DNA of 63,059 nucleotides, filler included, from Stramenopiles sp. TOSAG23-3 (lineage: Eukaryota), in NCBI GenBank assembly GCA_900128585.1. It is 10 parts of 10 records of this genome, joined end to end, with 100 filler letters (N's around TTAATTAATTAA, not from the genome) between each part and the next. Parts side by side here need not be neighbours in the genome. Positions count along the whole stretch, not along the records: positions 1 to 6,816 come from LT643250.1; positions 6,917 to 13,713 come from LT643251.1; 8 more parts are not named here. The stretch is one strand, 5' to 3'. The position numbers and the translations under genes are program-made. The notes beneath the pieces were generated by a model that saw nothing but the letters and a program-made list of their open reading frames with translations, did no database searches and was not told the origin of the DNA. Of the stretch, positions 1-11,388 are shown one piece after another. How positions within the stretch are numbered: position 1 is the first letter of the stretch; every line of letters starts with the position of its first letter.

Positions 1-503
1 CCAATGGACTATGCCACCGAAGCAGCCAACATCGCGCCCCTTACCCGGTACCCCCACACCCTGGCCCGACTCCCGGCCCTGGACAGCTCAGACTCGGCCA
101 CTAACACAGAACCGCAATCCAGCAGTGAGTAATCCAGCAGTGAGCAACTCAGCATTGCCTCGACCCTAATAGTGCTATCCTCGGATGAAGACACAGGAAC
201 CAGAGCGTTGCCAGCAGGACGAGATCCCAACGGGCACGCCGACGAACCACAACTACCGCATCGCTGATCGAAAATGACACAAACGACCCTCCCCCGACAT
301 CTCAACCCACGGATGACAATCCCTTGACTGATTTAAAAGACTGACAACGAGCACCTCTAAAACAACTAAGCCGCTGCTTGGAAAATCGTACAAGGATTGA
401 GTCACCTATGAGTGAGATATCGGATGAGGCCTTTAACGGACAAAAGGAATTAAATTGTTCATTGGAATATATATCTCCTCAGTATTGACAACCAACAAAC
501 AAC

Positions 504-560
504 GAAACAAAATTACAAAACCAAGTTAGGATTAGGGTATGAGGACAGCCAATTTTCTTG
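504..560 (+). repeat. Dispersed repeat copy (GAAACAAAA..AACCAAGTTAGGATTAGGGTATGAGGAC..AGCCAATTTTCTTG)
   Basis: Reverse complement of the copy at about 35063-35148 on another contig; the 28-nt core 519-546 is identical; this copy has an internal deletion. Shorter copies at about 581-600 and 751-778. Confidence 0.85.
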
Positions 561-884
561 CTTTTTATAATAAATACTATAAAATAACAGCCAATTTTCT
601 TCTTGTTTTTTTTAGTAATTAAAATTAAAGAAAAAAGAAGGCGTCAGTTCAAGAACAATATCTCCTCCTATTGCTATCCTCCCCAAGTTCTGGCCAAGAT
701 TCCGATTGATTGGTCTCAAAATTAAAAGTACACAGCGGCATAAATGTTTTAATTACTTAAATAACAGCCAATTTTCTTATTTTTTTAATTACTTAAATTA
801 ACTTCTTGTAAATCTTCAATATACTTATGTTCAGACTGGTTGTCCGGTCTTCTGGGCCTGAAACCTTCTAGGAAGGGTTCAGTC

Positions 885-3800
885 TTAATTTTCCACGGAG
901 TCTAATTCACTCAGTGCTTCTTCGACTTGACTAGCGTGTGATTGGGCCGGCTTAGACCGTGTAGCTCTCTGTTCCCTAAGTAATTTACTATTTAGTCCCC
1001 GAAAACGCATTTCTGACGAGGACAGCTTCCCTTCTTCGTAATTAACGTTTGTGAATCTTGATATCCTACTTCTATTTTGTTTATCTAATTTTGTTTCAGG
1101 AAACGCTCTCTCTCTAGCAAAGCTTTCATTTGTTAATTCTTGTACTCGTATACTCTGTTGCACACTCGATGCTGTAGATACATTCAATGAATAAAGATGG
1201 GCAGGATCACGGGAATGTGCACCTGCAATTGCACTTTCATTAAGCAATAACGCTGATTCCACCGCATCTAATCGCGATGCATATGAATCAATAGTTTCGT
1301 TGTTATGAAAAAGGCCCTTGGCCGAGGTCCTGTTCACATCGGGGAGTAGAGCAAACGGCGCAGCACAGTTCCAACCCGTATACCCTACATTACACGCGCA
1401 TTGGCCAGTTGTGAAGTTGCAGAGTCCATTACCGGAGCATTCTACTTTGCTTTCCGGGTTTATAGGACACCTCAATAACTGGCAGTACGTACCAAGGAAC
1501 CCCGGATTGCATTTACACTCTTCCTTCGAGATATTCCATACTCCACGACCGAAGCATGTGGACACATTGCATGCCATACCCGACCAGAACTTGTCGCAAA
1601 CACACTTTCCATTCTTCTCGTCGCACCTTCCATTACCATCACAAGGTTCAATTCTACCAGGACATATGCGCTTTTGACACCATTGACCACTGAATCCAAT
1701 CTGGCAGCTGCATTTCGCGTTGATACACTTCCCACGCGCGCTGCAATCTTGCGGGCACCGCGTCTGAGAACAGTCCGATCCAAAATATTTATTATTACAA
1801 ACACACTTGTTGGCATAGCAGATGCCATGAGAACGGCCACTGCAGTCATTTGGGCATCGTTTTTCCCTGCAATCTTTCCCAGTATATTCTGAATCGCACT
1901 TACAGCTCCGGTTTGATAGACATACACCATGCCCGCTACACATACTTGGGCATGTCTTGACCTGGCACAAATCTCCTGACCAGCCGTCCTTACAGAAACA
2001 CTTTCCATCTAAACAATCGCCATTTCCATAGCAATTCTTTTCACACGAGATATTCCAGCGGCAGTCTTTCTCTGGCCCTCCCCAACCTTGGTGGCAAACA
2101 CACTGAACGCCGTCATTTAGGGAAATATTGGCATTGCCAGTGTTTGCAATGGGTAAAATGGAAGCATTCTTTTCTACACAATTTCCATGACCTGAGCAAA
2201 GATTTTTACATTCCATTCGATCACATGAGTCTCCTGTCCATCCCTTGTGGCATACACACTGGCCAAGGACACACTTTCCTCTGGAATTGCAATGTCTTGG
2301 GCAAAGTGGTACATTGCAACCAATTCCTTTCCAGCCACGTTCGCACGTACAATTTCCATAAGAAGACAACGCCTTCTCGCGCCCACAAATACCATGCCCG
2401 TAACAAGGGCCCTCTTCGGTCTCTTCGCCGGGGCATGCTGGGCGCTCGCATCCAGTACCTGCAAAGCCCTTTTCGCATACACACCGAGGCGCAAAAGATG
2501 CATTTTCACAAACACCTCGGTTACTGCATTGAAGCGGGCATGACTTGATCGCACAGCTCATCCCACTGTAATTGCCATAACAGTAGCATTTTCCATACAG
2601 GCAATACCCATTCCCATTACAATTATCTGGGCAAGACCGCTTGTTGCACGAAATACCGCGCCATCCTTCAATGCACTTACAAATGGATCCTCTGCCCGAA
2701 TCGTGGGCAACACATTCCCCACGTCCATGGCAGTTTTCAGGACAACTCAAAGTTGAACAGGTAGGACCAGAGAAACCTTCATTGCATAGACAAAAACCAT
2801 TAGATCCTATTGGACAATGGCCATGCCCACTGCAATTTCGTACTATTCCAAAGCTATCTTCAATTGACGGACATTCGTGCATTTCGCATCCGTTTCCAAA
2901 CCAACCTGGCTCGCACAAACATTCACCGCTGCTACATACACCATGATTGTTGCAGACATGACCACTACTGCTAACTTTACATACTCTATGGGAACAATGG
3001 GGCGACTCATAACCATCATAACAGATGCACGTGTGCTCTTCGGAGCAACTACCGTGTCCGCTGCAGTTCAAACGGCATACAGGGGTTGAGCAAATCTTAC
3101 CCGTCCATCCAAGGTCACACTTACATTTTCCAAACGCGTCACATTCGCCATGAACACCACATAGCTCATCGCACGCACGCATTTCGCAGCTTTCCCCTCG
3201 CCAGCCACGCTGGCATGAACAAGTACCTTGATCGTTGCAAGTTCCATGCAAACAACCTTTGCCGCACACTTGCAAATTGCAAGATTCGCCAGACCAGCCA
3301 ACAGCACATCTGCACAATCTGCCAAAACCACAAACGCCATGTCCACTACAATCTTCAGGGCAACCGGCGAGATTACAGTCATCACCACTAAATCCATTAT
3401 GGCAGTTACATTTCCCGGCATTACTGCAAACACCATGACCATTGCACTGATTATACTTAGTGCACAAGGGAACACTACAATCAGCACCAGAATAGTCATT
3501 GTAGCAGGCGCAGCCTGCTGCTTTGCACTTACCATGCCCAGAACAAAAATTCGGGCAAACGTCAATACTGCAGTCTTCTCCAGAGAAAGGGTGAAAACAA
3601 GTACATTTTCCATCGTTGCAATCACCTTTTCCATCAGAGCATCTATTCAAGCATTTTTCAAGGTCGTTCAATTCTACATTGCATGAATTCCCCCCCCAAC
3701 CGGAGTAGCATTCACACCGCATAGGCGAAAAGTTTTCAGGATTGTGTTCGATACGTCGCGCTGACAGCCCACCTTCGCCGGTTCCACCGTTTGTTTCGTT

Positions 3801-3986
3801 GAAAATTCGCAAGACTGCTCTTCTGCAGCTTCCGTGTCCAGAACAATTATCCGGGCAGGGTTCTAATTCCAATACCACATTATTGCCCCTTAGCTCGACG
3901 GACATACTATTGAACACAAGAGCATTGAAAACGAGAAAGGTAAAATAAACGCAATAAAGCGAAGAAACGTTGCGTGTCCTGTTCAT
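885..3986 (-). CDS. Tenascin/teneurin-like EGF-repeat protein, probably secreted or surface (about 1033 aa)
   Basis: Roughly 25 tandem C-x3-C-x-G-H-G-x-C...C-x-C-x2-G-W-x-G-x2-C repeats. Hydrophobic segment follows the first in-frame ATG at 3986; the ORF-track start at 4085 is TTG. Confidence 0.9.
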   Translation of the reverse strand: MNRTRNVSSLYCVYFTFLVFNALVFNSMSVELRGNNVVLELEPCPDNCSGHGSCRRAVLRIFNETNGGTGEGGLSARRIEHNPENFSPMRCECYSGWGGNSCNVELNDLEKCLNRCSDGKGDCNDGKCTCFHPFSGEDCSIDVCPNFCSGHGKCKAAGCACYNDYSGADCSVPLCTKYNQCNGHGVCSNAGKCNCHNGFSGDDCNLAGCPEDCSGHGVCGFGRLCRCAVGWSGESCNLQVCGKGCLHGTCNDQGTCSCQRGWRGESCEMRACDELCGVHGECDAFGKCKCDLGWTGKICSTPVCRLNCSGHGSCSEEHTCICYDGYESPHCSHRVCKVSSSGHVCNNHGVCSSGECLCEPGWFGNGCEMHECPSIEDSFGIVRNCSGHGHCPIGSNGFCLCNEGFSGPTCSTLSCPENCHGRGECVAHDSGRGSICKCIEGWRGISCNKRSCPDNCNGNGYCLYGKCYCYGNYSGMSCAIKSCPLQCSNRGVCENASFAPRCVCEKGFAGTGCERPACPGEETEEGPCYGHGICGREKALSSYGNCTCERGWKGIGCNVPLCPRHCNSRGKCVLGQCVCHKGWTGDSCDRMECKNLCSGHGNCVEKNASILPIANTGNANISLNDGVQCVCHQGWGGPEKDCRWNISCEKNCYGNGDCLDGKCFCKDGWSGDLCQVKTCPSMCSGHGVCLSNRSCKCDSEYTGKDCREKRCPNDCSGRSHGICYANKCVCNNKYFGSDCSQTRCPQDCSARGKCINAKCSCQIGFSGQWCQKRICPGRIEPCDGNGRCDEKNGKCVCDKFWSGMACNVSTCFGRGVWNISKEECKCNPGFLGTYCQLLRCPINPESKVECSGNGLCNFTTGQCACNVGYTGWNCAAPFALLPDVNRTSAKGLFHNNETIDSYASRLDAVESALLLNESAIAGAHSRDPAHLYSLNVSTASSVQQSIRVQELTNESFARERAFPETKLDKQNRSRISRFTNVNYEEGKLSSSEMRFRGLNSKLLREQRATRSKPAQSHASQVEEALSELDSVEN

Positions 3987-4806
3987 GTTTGAGTGATACT
4001 GTTGGGTAGAGAGGGCGTCCAACTTCCAAACACGATGATTACACAAACTGTTTCTCTTGTTGCTTCCGTACACGATGCGCTTCAAATATCAGGAAGTGAA
4101 CAGGATGTTTACAATGAATTGCACATAGTATGTGCTAGAGTGGAAATTATCCGTTCTAATGTTGTTGAAGTCGGCGAGCTGAAAATCGAATGTCGCTAAT
4201 TCTCAATCAGAAAAAGTTAAATCTCTTTTTCGTATAAAATATATAGGGGAATACTGTAGCTATTGTATTTTATAAAGAAAGTGCAAAAGCCCCCCCCTTT
4301 TTCTGAAACTCGAAATCCCTTCCTTCTTTTGTGTTACGCCGTTTTCAATTTACAACATTTTATCTGAATATTTATTAACATATACATATCATAAAGAAAA
4401 ATTCTTGCTTGATATGCAGCACACTCATTTTCCCCTACCTTTATTGGATTTTGTTTGTACTTGTTAGTATACTCTTTTGAGCTTTGTTGACTACTTTTTC
4501 TTATTACTACTTAAATCTAAAACCCAACATGTGTTGTACAACAAATATTTTCCTATCAAAATTTGCGCTCTGCTTTTTGCTCGCTTGGATGATTTCGCTT
4601 TTGTATTAATAGTCTCTCTTAAAGAGTCTCGACATTTAACTTTTCACTTTAGGCTACCCTACTTTTGTTAAGTATAAGAACTCGTATTGTGTAATTCCAG
4701 TCAAATAATGTACTAAATTAATAAAAAATTAACAAAATGAGGGAACAACTTGGAAAAAATCAAGTTTTTAAGGCGACGAACCTTTTGCGACGATTCCAAT
4801 CATTAA

Positions 4807-5060
4807 TATATAACTATGAATTAGAATACAACATTTAAATAGAACGCATGATTATTATGTATAGTTTAATGTACTTATATAACTATGAATTAGAATACAA
4901 CATTTAAATAGAACCTATGAATATTATGTATAGTTGTATGTACTTATATAACTATGACTATATACAACATTTAAATAGAACCTATGATTATTTTGTATAG
5001 TTTTGTGTACTTATATAACTATGAATTAGAGTACAACATTTAAATAGAACCTATGATTAT
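4807..5060. repeat. AT-rich minisatellite, about 69-bp unit x 3.7
   Basis: Units beginning TATATAACTATGA at 4807, 4876, 4945 and 5012, each containing TACAACATTTAAATAGAAC. Confidence 0.95.
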
Positions 5061-5611
5061 AACTAAATAACTTCCAACAGCTAAACAGTATTACCATAGT
5101 TCCCATCAAACATATTGTAATATAATCCTTATTTGCTTTTTTTCTTCTTTAATTTTTTTAATTTTCTGAAGTAGCTGTTCGACACTGCTCTTTAAGAAAC
5201 GGGCCTTACGAAATAATATTATATAATAATATCATCAAATTATAACACAGCACTCATAAAATGTAGTTAAGGAAACGACTAGCATTTTTCAACGATATAT
5301 TTCTTTTTCTTGTTTTTAAAATAGCCCTGCTGTGTCGATATATAATATACCCTAAAAATAAGAGCGTTAAATGTCGAGGCTCTAATTTAATATTGAAAGG
5401 ATTAATTGTATATTCGGACTGTATTTAAACGTAATTTTTAGAAAAACCCTTTTGTCCAGAAGTACAGTCCAAATAATAATTTACTCAGATTACTAAAGTT
5501 TTTGAAATTGAATCAATTACAGTAAGTAACTGCAGATTATTGCAAACCTTAAATGTTTATTTCTAGACAGTCAGGAGTACAGTATCATAAAGTTGCTCAG
5601 TATCGGTATTG

Positions 5612-6028
5612 CGGAGTTAGTGAACAGGGGAGGTGGTGGGGTATTAATAGGGGGGGGGGGCGTGTGTGAGCAAAAATTCACGAAAAAATAGATATTAATT
5701 TAATGCTGTTATTACGTTAAATATGATTAGCATTAAAATAACACTATTGAATAATATCTAGTATATATTGCCTTAATGTAATGTTTTTCTTCTTCTTTCT
5801 ATTTGCATTAAATTGTGTTCCAACAGTTCTAATTAGTCTTCCAACAATGTTTTGAAAATCTGAAAGTCGCCTATCAAGCGTAAATTAAGGAATTGAATTT
5901 CTGTCTCTCATGTTCTTTGTTATTTTAATGTTAATTATGTTTAACATAATAACAGCATTAAAGTAATATCTATTTTTTCGAGAATTTTTGCTCACGCTCC
6001 CCTAACCCCCCACTGTTCACCAACTGCG
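5612..6028. mobile_element. MITE-like foldback element
   Basis: 78-bp inverted repeats 5666-5743 and 5918-5995 (72/78 matches), outer 16-bp inverted repeats 5612-5627 and 6013-6028 (14/16), non-coding AT-rich interior. No clear target-site duplication. Confidence 0.7.
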
Positions 6029-6319
6029 AAAAGTACATAGGTAGTCGAGCGGGCCGTCGGTTCTTGAATGGCCGATAACTGCTACCGGGACTAAAGTATT
6101 AGTGCCTGTACCGCAACTACTTTTACTTAAATGCTTCCAGAGACTATTGTCGAGGCGGCGCCGGCGAAGGGGGACCACTTTGCCATTTTACATTTGTGAA
6201 ATTTCTACAAACAAGGTGGCAGTTGCTAACATCAAAACCCAGTGTCTTAGCTCACGTTGAAGAGATTTTAAGTCCTACGCTTAAGTCCCAGCGCGAAAAG
6301 AGACCGTTGTCCATAACAA

Positions 6320-6816
6320 ATGCAAGCGTCTTTACACCTCCTTCTGCTGCTCGCCTTTGCTTCTATCGCTAATAGTCGCATCCCAGAGTTTATTGGAGAT
6401 AGTCAAAACGATAAAACTTCGCTGATAAGAAAAATTAATGACCAAAAGGTTAAGTCTTCGAGGCGAACTGGTGTTGCAAATTTGGGAGGCGGCTATTCGA
6501 CGGCTAAAACCAAGCAAGCAAGAACTGAAAGATTGCCTGATTACTTTGGTGGCGACGAACAATTTTTGAACAGTACCTCGATTCAACAAGAACAGCAAAC
6601 CAAGGAAATTGGCGTCGCAAGAAATGAATATGCGAGTAGCATTCGTATCCCCAACGCAAAACCTTCGCGGTTTTTAGAAAACCGCGGTGAACATAGAGGA
6701 GACTTGAAAATGCGAGAAGCGTTACTAAACCTGCGCTCAAAGAAGGATCGACGGCCGTTTCCGTTCGGGGGGCAAGGTTACCAGTATACACCAAGTCAAT
6801 ATAAACATCCCCCCCC
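6320..6816 (+). CDS. Secreted hypothetical protein, 3'-truncated by contig end
   Basis: ATG followed by a signal peptide (MQASLHLLLLLAFASIANS); frame open to the spacer. Confidence 0.7.
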
Positions 6817-6916
6817 NNNNNNNNNNNNNNNNNNNNNNNNNNNNNNNNNNNNNNNNNNNNTTAATTAATTAANNNNNNNNNNNNNNNNNNNNNNNNNNNN
6901 NNNNNNNNNNNNNNNN
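6817..6916. other. Artificial contig spacer
   Basis: 44 N + TTAATTAATTAA (stops in all frames) + 44 N. Confidence 0.99.
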
Positions 6917-9163
6917 ACAAGCGAGGTTTTTTGGGTGCTGGTGCATAAACAACAGGCTTTATTGGTTTTTGTTTCACAATCTTGGGGTGCTTTATACCAA
7001 GTTTTTTTGTCAGCGGGCTTTTCAAGCAATGCCGATCATGTGCCGGCCCAGGCGATCATATCTCTATGGAGTTCAGACACGGGCACAGACGAGGACAAGC
7101 GTGCAGTTTTGCTAGATAGTTACGCTCAGGCTACAACCCCTGCAGTTCTGGACATAGTCAATGTGTCTGTAGCTATCCGGCCCGATCTGATAAATTCCCT
7201 GCTAGTTGATGCAGTCACCACGCTCCCGCATGCGTCAGTGGGAATAACGAAAGCAGTTGCGCTGAAAATAAATAAAACCGACGCCAGCGCAGTGTTACAG
7301 AACGTTGTAAACGCCGTCAAAGATTTGGCACCGTTCTCTTCCTTGTATACGCCTGCTGCCATTCTTATCACTGCTTTTCAAGAAAATCCTGATTTGAAGA
7401 AAGGCATGTACGAAATCGTAAAGACGTGGGCGATATATGAGTCAAGTGCAGTGGTGGAGTCCAGTTCAGGAGAGGCGGTAACTATACCTGGTGCTTCATT
7501 GAGCGTTTCTCCATATAGCACAACAAATAACTCGGTGATCTCGTTAGCAAAATTCGACTGTAAATTTTTGAGCAGAAGTGTAAGGACGGGGGAATGCTTT
7601 GCGGTAACGATAGAGAAGTTGGAGAAGCCAGCAGTCCTCATTTTTGATGCCGCCGTAGATACGACTATGTGCATGAAGAGCGCAGACATGTTGAGTGACA
7701 ACTTTGTGGGCGTGCCGTGCATTATCGCTGGTGGCAAAGCCCAATACTCAGGAACTTCTTTTTCAGTTTTCACAACATACAGGCCGAGCGGCGCCCACAC
7801 CCACGATACGGAAAGATTTCATGCGGGGAAACCTGTCACAATTTCCCGAGACCAAGTTTCCTACAATGTTATTCAAGAAGGGCGACCGGTTGGAAATAGA
7901 GCGGTAGGGAAATTCCCCGACTCTTCCGTCAGCATTAGTAAAATTGAAGCAGAAATTTTAGGGTTTGATGTGTTTCATCCCAATCAAATCATTTACTCCA
8001 ATGGGCATGCGCTATACAAGTCAAGCACGGAGCTGGAAGCCGCCTCCCCAGTGGTGTCTGGAATAGCCAACTTCACGATCGAAGGTGCCAATTTTGGTGT
8101 GCAGAAGGAGGATTTACTGGCAGTGCGCGTTCGGGGCGTTCGATGCCCAACCCTTAATTACATCAGCCCCGTTTTGATAACATGCATATCAGGCGAGGTG
8201 GAGCATGTGAATGGCGCCGTTCCGTTCAAAAAAAGAGAAGTAGTCGTTACGACTACCTCGGGAAACTCGACCCTCGACGATGGCATACGGAACATCAATG
8301 TCCGCTTAAGTGAAGGGTACAGTCTACCTTTTGTTACTGGTGTTGCCCGGGGCTTAAAGACGTTCCGGCCCCATGCTGTTCTTGCCGATACGAACCATGA
8401 ATATTTTTACTGGAGTGACACCAGTGAGCAAACCGTTCGTCGTTCAAATTTCAAGGGTGCTGACATTGAATTGGTCTCCTCTGGAAATCTTACACGGAGA
8501 GTGCTGGGAATGGCCCTGGATATTCCGGCAAAAAAACAAATGTATGCCACTGATGCTAACGAAGGGACGGTAGTTATTATTCCTACGGAAGACATGGCGT
8601 TGCCTATCAAAATATTACTACGTGGGCTACGCGATCCACGTGGCATCGCACTTGATACGGGGGCGCGCGAGCTGTATTTTACAGAACTCACGGGGAAAAT
8701 CTATCGTGCATCGATGGACGGTCTTAATATCGAGACGAACCCCAACATGCCTGTCAAAATGAAGCAGATGCTCGTCCGGCGACCATCAAAGGTGCGCCTT
8801 GATGGAATATCACTTGATCTTTCTGGGCCTCGACGATATCGAAAAATATATTGGGCAGAAGCAAATTCAAACAATATCATGCGTAGCAGCTTAGACGGCC
8901 AAAAAGTTGAGGTAATTGCCGGTCTTGATTCAGGTTTAATGTTTCCCCAAGGTATCGGATTTGACACCGCAGCAAAGCAAGTATATTTCAGCGAGTACTT
9001 TGGAAAGATTTACAGGCTGTCTTCAACAGACATAGAAATTGGGAATGAACCTTCCCGCACAAAGGTTATAGATGCGTCGCGCGGTGCGGCAAGTACCGTA
9101 CGGGAAGAAATGTTGGCACTGACCAAAGTAGGAGGGCAATTTTTTTTCTCTGTCAAAGATTAA
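6917..9163 (+). CDS. IPT/TIG-domain plus YWTD (LDL-receptor class B-like) beta-propeller protein, 5'-truncated
   Basis: Frame open from the contig edge. TIG-like FTIEGANFG...VRCPTLNYISPVLITC; propeller repeats YFYWSD, MYATD, LYFTE, IYWAE, VYFSE with PRGIALD/PQGIGFD. Confidence 0.8.
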   Translation, partial: TSEVFWVLVHKQQALLVFVSQSWGALYQVFLSAGFSSNADHVPAQAIISLWSSDTGTDEDKRAVLLDSYAQATTPAVLDIVNVSVAIRPDLINSLLVDAVTTLPHASVGITKAVALKINKTDASAVLQNVVNAVKDLAPFSSLYTPAAILITAFQENPDLKKGMYEIVKTWAIYESSAVVESSSGEAVTIPGASLSVSPYSTTNNSVISLAKFDCKFLSRSVRTGECFAVTIEKLEKPAVLIFDAAVDTTMCMKSADMLSDNFVGVPCIIAGGKAQYSGTSFSVFTTYRPSGAHTHDTERFHAGKPVTISRDQVSYNVIQEGRPVGNRAVGKFPDSSVSISKIEAEILGFDVFHPNQIIYSNGHALYKSSTELEAASPVVSGIANFTIEGANFGVQKEDLLAVRVRGVRCPTLNYISPVLITCISGEVEHVNGAVPFKKREVVVTTTSGNSTLDDGIRNINVRLSEGYSLPFVTGVARGLKTFRPHAVLADTNHEYFYWSDTSEQTVRRSNFKGADIELVSSGNLTRRVLGMALDIPAKKQMYATDANEGTVVIIPTEDMALPIKILLRGLRDPRGIALDTGARELYFTELTGKIYRASMDGLNIETNPNMPVKMKQMLVRRPSKVRLDGISLDLSGPRRYRKIYWAEANSNNIMRSSLDGQKVEVIAGLDSGLMFPQGIGFDTAAKQVYFSEYFGKIYRLSSTDIEIGNEPSRTKVIDASRGAASTVREEMLALTKVGGQFFFSVKD

Positions 9164-9345
9164 AAAAGAGGATGATGAGTAAAGTAACTCGCCGTTAAAT
9201 CATGGTTTATTTATATAATGTGTGTTGTGTTATCTCGTAATACGAAGTAAGTAAAATGTCTGAACTTAAAACACAAGATTATAAAATTTACATCTCTCTT
9301 GTGTGAACCTGAAAAAAGGTAATATCATTGGTCTCTGCACCCAAT

Positions 9346-11388
9346 TCACCTCTTGCCCTTCTTCTTTTTCTCTGCCCCTTCGGGTAATTCATGTTCATGT
9401 TTGGGCGGAGTGACACCATTTGCCATCATAATCGATACAAACATTTCCCTGTTAATGCAGCAAGTCCGAGGGACCTCGCAAGAAACCAATTGCCTAAACA
9501 ACGGCACAAGTTTGTCTGCGTCATACTCATCTGCCGGGGAACAAAATTCGACAATATGGTGAAGCAAATCCAAGCTAAATGCTTGATTTTCTTTGCAATC
9601 GAAGAGTTTCCAAATGGTACTTCCCATCTCAGCAGCGTCTGCCTGGCTTTGCTCATACCACATGTTTATGCATGTCCGCATGAAGGAGTCTATGTCGATT
9701 TTTTTGTCGCTGCCTTCGGCAAGTTTCGTTTTACTGTCTGTCTCCGGTATGCAGTACTGCAAAATAAAGTTTTCTAATTTTTCGAAAAGGAGGGACTGGA
9801 TGTAAAGCGTTGACTGCTCAAAGGTGACGTGTAAATTCTGAAATACCTCTTGGCACGCCGCTTTGGCTCTTGGTAACGGGATGAAGAAGAATGACGACAA
9901 ATCCGTCTCTCCCTCCTGCAAATCGTGGTCGTATACATCATACTCTGTCATTGAGATTGGGATGTTACCATTTGAAACTAAATTTAGTAATTTCAGCATA
10001 GTCGTGCATGCCCTTTCATCGTACAGATCTTCGTCAATGATGCCTAAGAGTCTTCCGAAAAACGCAATTCTCGGGTTGTCATCGACGTGCCTCCTAATCC
10101 CTTCCACAATGCCATACACATAGGCTTCGGCAATGCTCCAACTCCCATATTTGTACAACAGGTTTTCAAAAATAATGTCCGCAAATGACTGCGATGCGGT
10201 TATCGGTATATCTGCAGTTATCTCCATATCTGCTTTAACCTTCTTATTTGCGGCCAGCGCAAAGAATGTAAGGAGGATTTTTTCGGATAATAGCGGGACT
10301 TTCATATCGCTCGGCGCCGCTTGTCCGTACTTTTTCCAAGGCAACGCAAGGCTAGACTGTTTAATTGGCGGGGAAATAAAAGCGCCGTGGTCTGAATCAT
10401 GCCCATCCTCAGATGGAGCCGAATCCCGATCCAGTTCTCGTTTAGTGGCATTAGCGGCACGATAAAACTCCTTGGCCAGAAGTTGTGGGAGCTTTGTCCG
10501 ATTGGACCTAATGGACGTCAGGGCACCTTCTAATTGCTCCGAAACTGACGGTGGGGCATTCTTGCCTTTCTTTTTTGGCTGTCTTCTTGCGGGCGATTTT
10601 CGCCTTGCGGCTTCCTTTTTCTGTTTCTTGACCTCTTGGATTACGTGGTCGTTGACCTTCTTCTTTCTATCAGTTCGCTGTTTGTCGGTTTTCGATCGTG
10701 ATAGTTCTATCGCTACCTGATCGTGATGCTCCCGGAGGTTGGAGTGTTCTTCATGCAATGCCTCGTGCTCTTCCACAATTGTTTCGAAACGAGGTTTGTA
10801 GAGAAGATCTGCTATTTCGTTCGAGTTGATTGCGGCTATTTCATGGGTTTGCACGGATTTCTTCAGGTCAACAATCTGCAACCGAAGCCGTCTTATTAAA
10901 ATTCGGCTGTTCTCGTTTTCCTGCCTTAGGTATTCAGCATCGCGCAAGTTGTCTTGCTCGTTCGATAACACTGCGTTTAAATTAGACTGCAAGTCAAAAA
11001 TAACGGTTCTATTCTGTGCTTCGTGGCGAAATTTTTCTCTCCACTCGTGATTCTGCTTCCGAAGAGAGCGAATGCCTTGCTGTAACGTCGCAATTTCCAG
11101 TTTTAAGTATTCCTCTGCCGTTCGCTCTGGGACTGGTTCCTGAACAATCGGCGCAGGCTTGGGCCTGGGAGGAGGCATGCGTTTCTTCACAATAATCGGC
11201 GCAGGTTTGCTTTCGACAGGAACCCGTTTCCTCATGGCATCTTCCAACTCTAGCCTATGGCTAAAATCGTTTTGTTTCTGTGACACGTCATTTTCCACTC
11301 CTTGCACGTAGCCTTGATAGTCTATGGGCTCAAGGGACCGGGGTCTCTGGGACTCCACCCCTTCAGCGCGTCCAGCTCGACCGTCCAT
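9346..11388 (-). CDS. Coiled-coil protein with TSNAXIP1-like helical C-terminal region (possibly flagellar)
   Basis: Long ORF, first ATG at 11388, N-terminal coiled coil. LLYKYGSWSIAEAYVYGIVEGIRRHVDDNPRIAFFGRLLG resembles the TSNAXIP1-type region. The ORF is solid; the family call is tentative. Confidence 0.65.
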   Translation of the reverse strand: MDGRAGRAEGVESQRPRSLEPIDYQGYVQGVENDVSQKQNDFSHRLELEDAMRKRVPVESKPAPIIVKKRMPPPRPKPAPIVQEPVPERTAEEYLKLEIATLQQGIRSLRKQNHEWREKFRHEAQNRTVIFDLQSNLNAVLSNEQDNLRDAEYLRQENENSRILIRRLRLQIVDLKKSVQTHEIAAINSNEIADLLYKPRFETIVEEHEALHEEHSNLREHHDQVAIELSRSKTDKQRTDRKKKVNDHVIQEVKKQKKEAARRKSPARRQPKKKGKNAPPSVSEQLEGALTSIRSNRTKLPQLLAKEFYRAANATKRELDRDSAPSEDGHDSDHGAFISPPIKQSSLALPWKKYGQAAPSDMKVPLLSEKILLTFFALAANKKVKADMEITADIPITASQSFADIIFENLLYKYGSWSIAEAYVYGIVEGIRRHVDDNPRIAFFGRLLGIIDEDLYDERACTTMLKLLNLVSNGNIPISMTEYDVYDHDLQEGETDLSSFFFIPLPRAKAACQEVFQNLHVTFEQSTLYIQSLLFEKLENFILQYCIPETDSKTKLAEGSDKKIDIDSFMRTCINMWYEQSQADAAEMGSTIWKLFDCKENQAFSLDLLHHIVEFCSPADEYDADKLVPLFRQLVSCEVPRTCCINREMFVSIMMANGVTPPKHEHELPEGAEKKKKGKR

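Noticed and set aside
828-858. Minus-strand CAGAAGA-CCGG-ACAA-CCAG-TCTGAAC as a hammerhead
   Set aside because: Both core motifs are altered and no stem I or III partners were found.
4807-5060. 69-bp periodic array as CRISPR
   Set aside because: The whole unit is repeated; it is a plain minisatellite.
6861-6872. TTAATTAATTAA palindrome recurring every 6.9 kb or so
   Set aside because: Always centred in 88 N; a synthetic all-frame stop linker.
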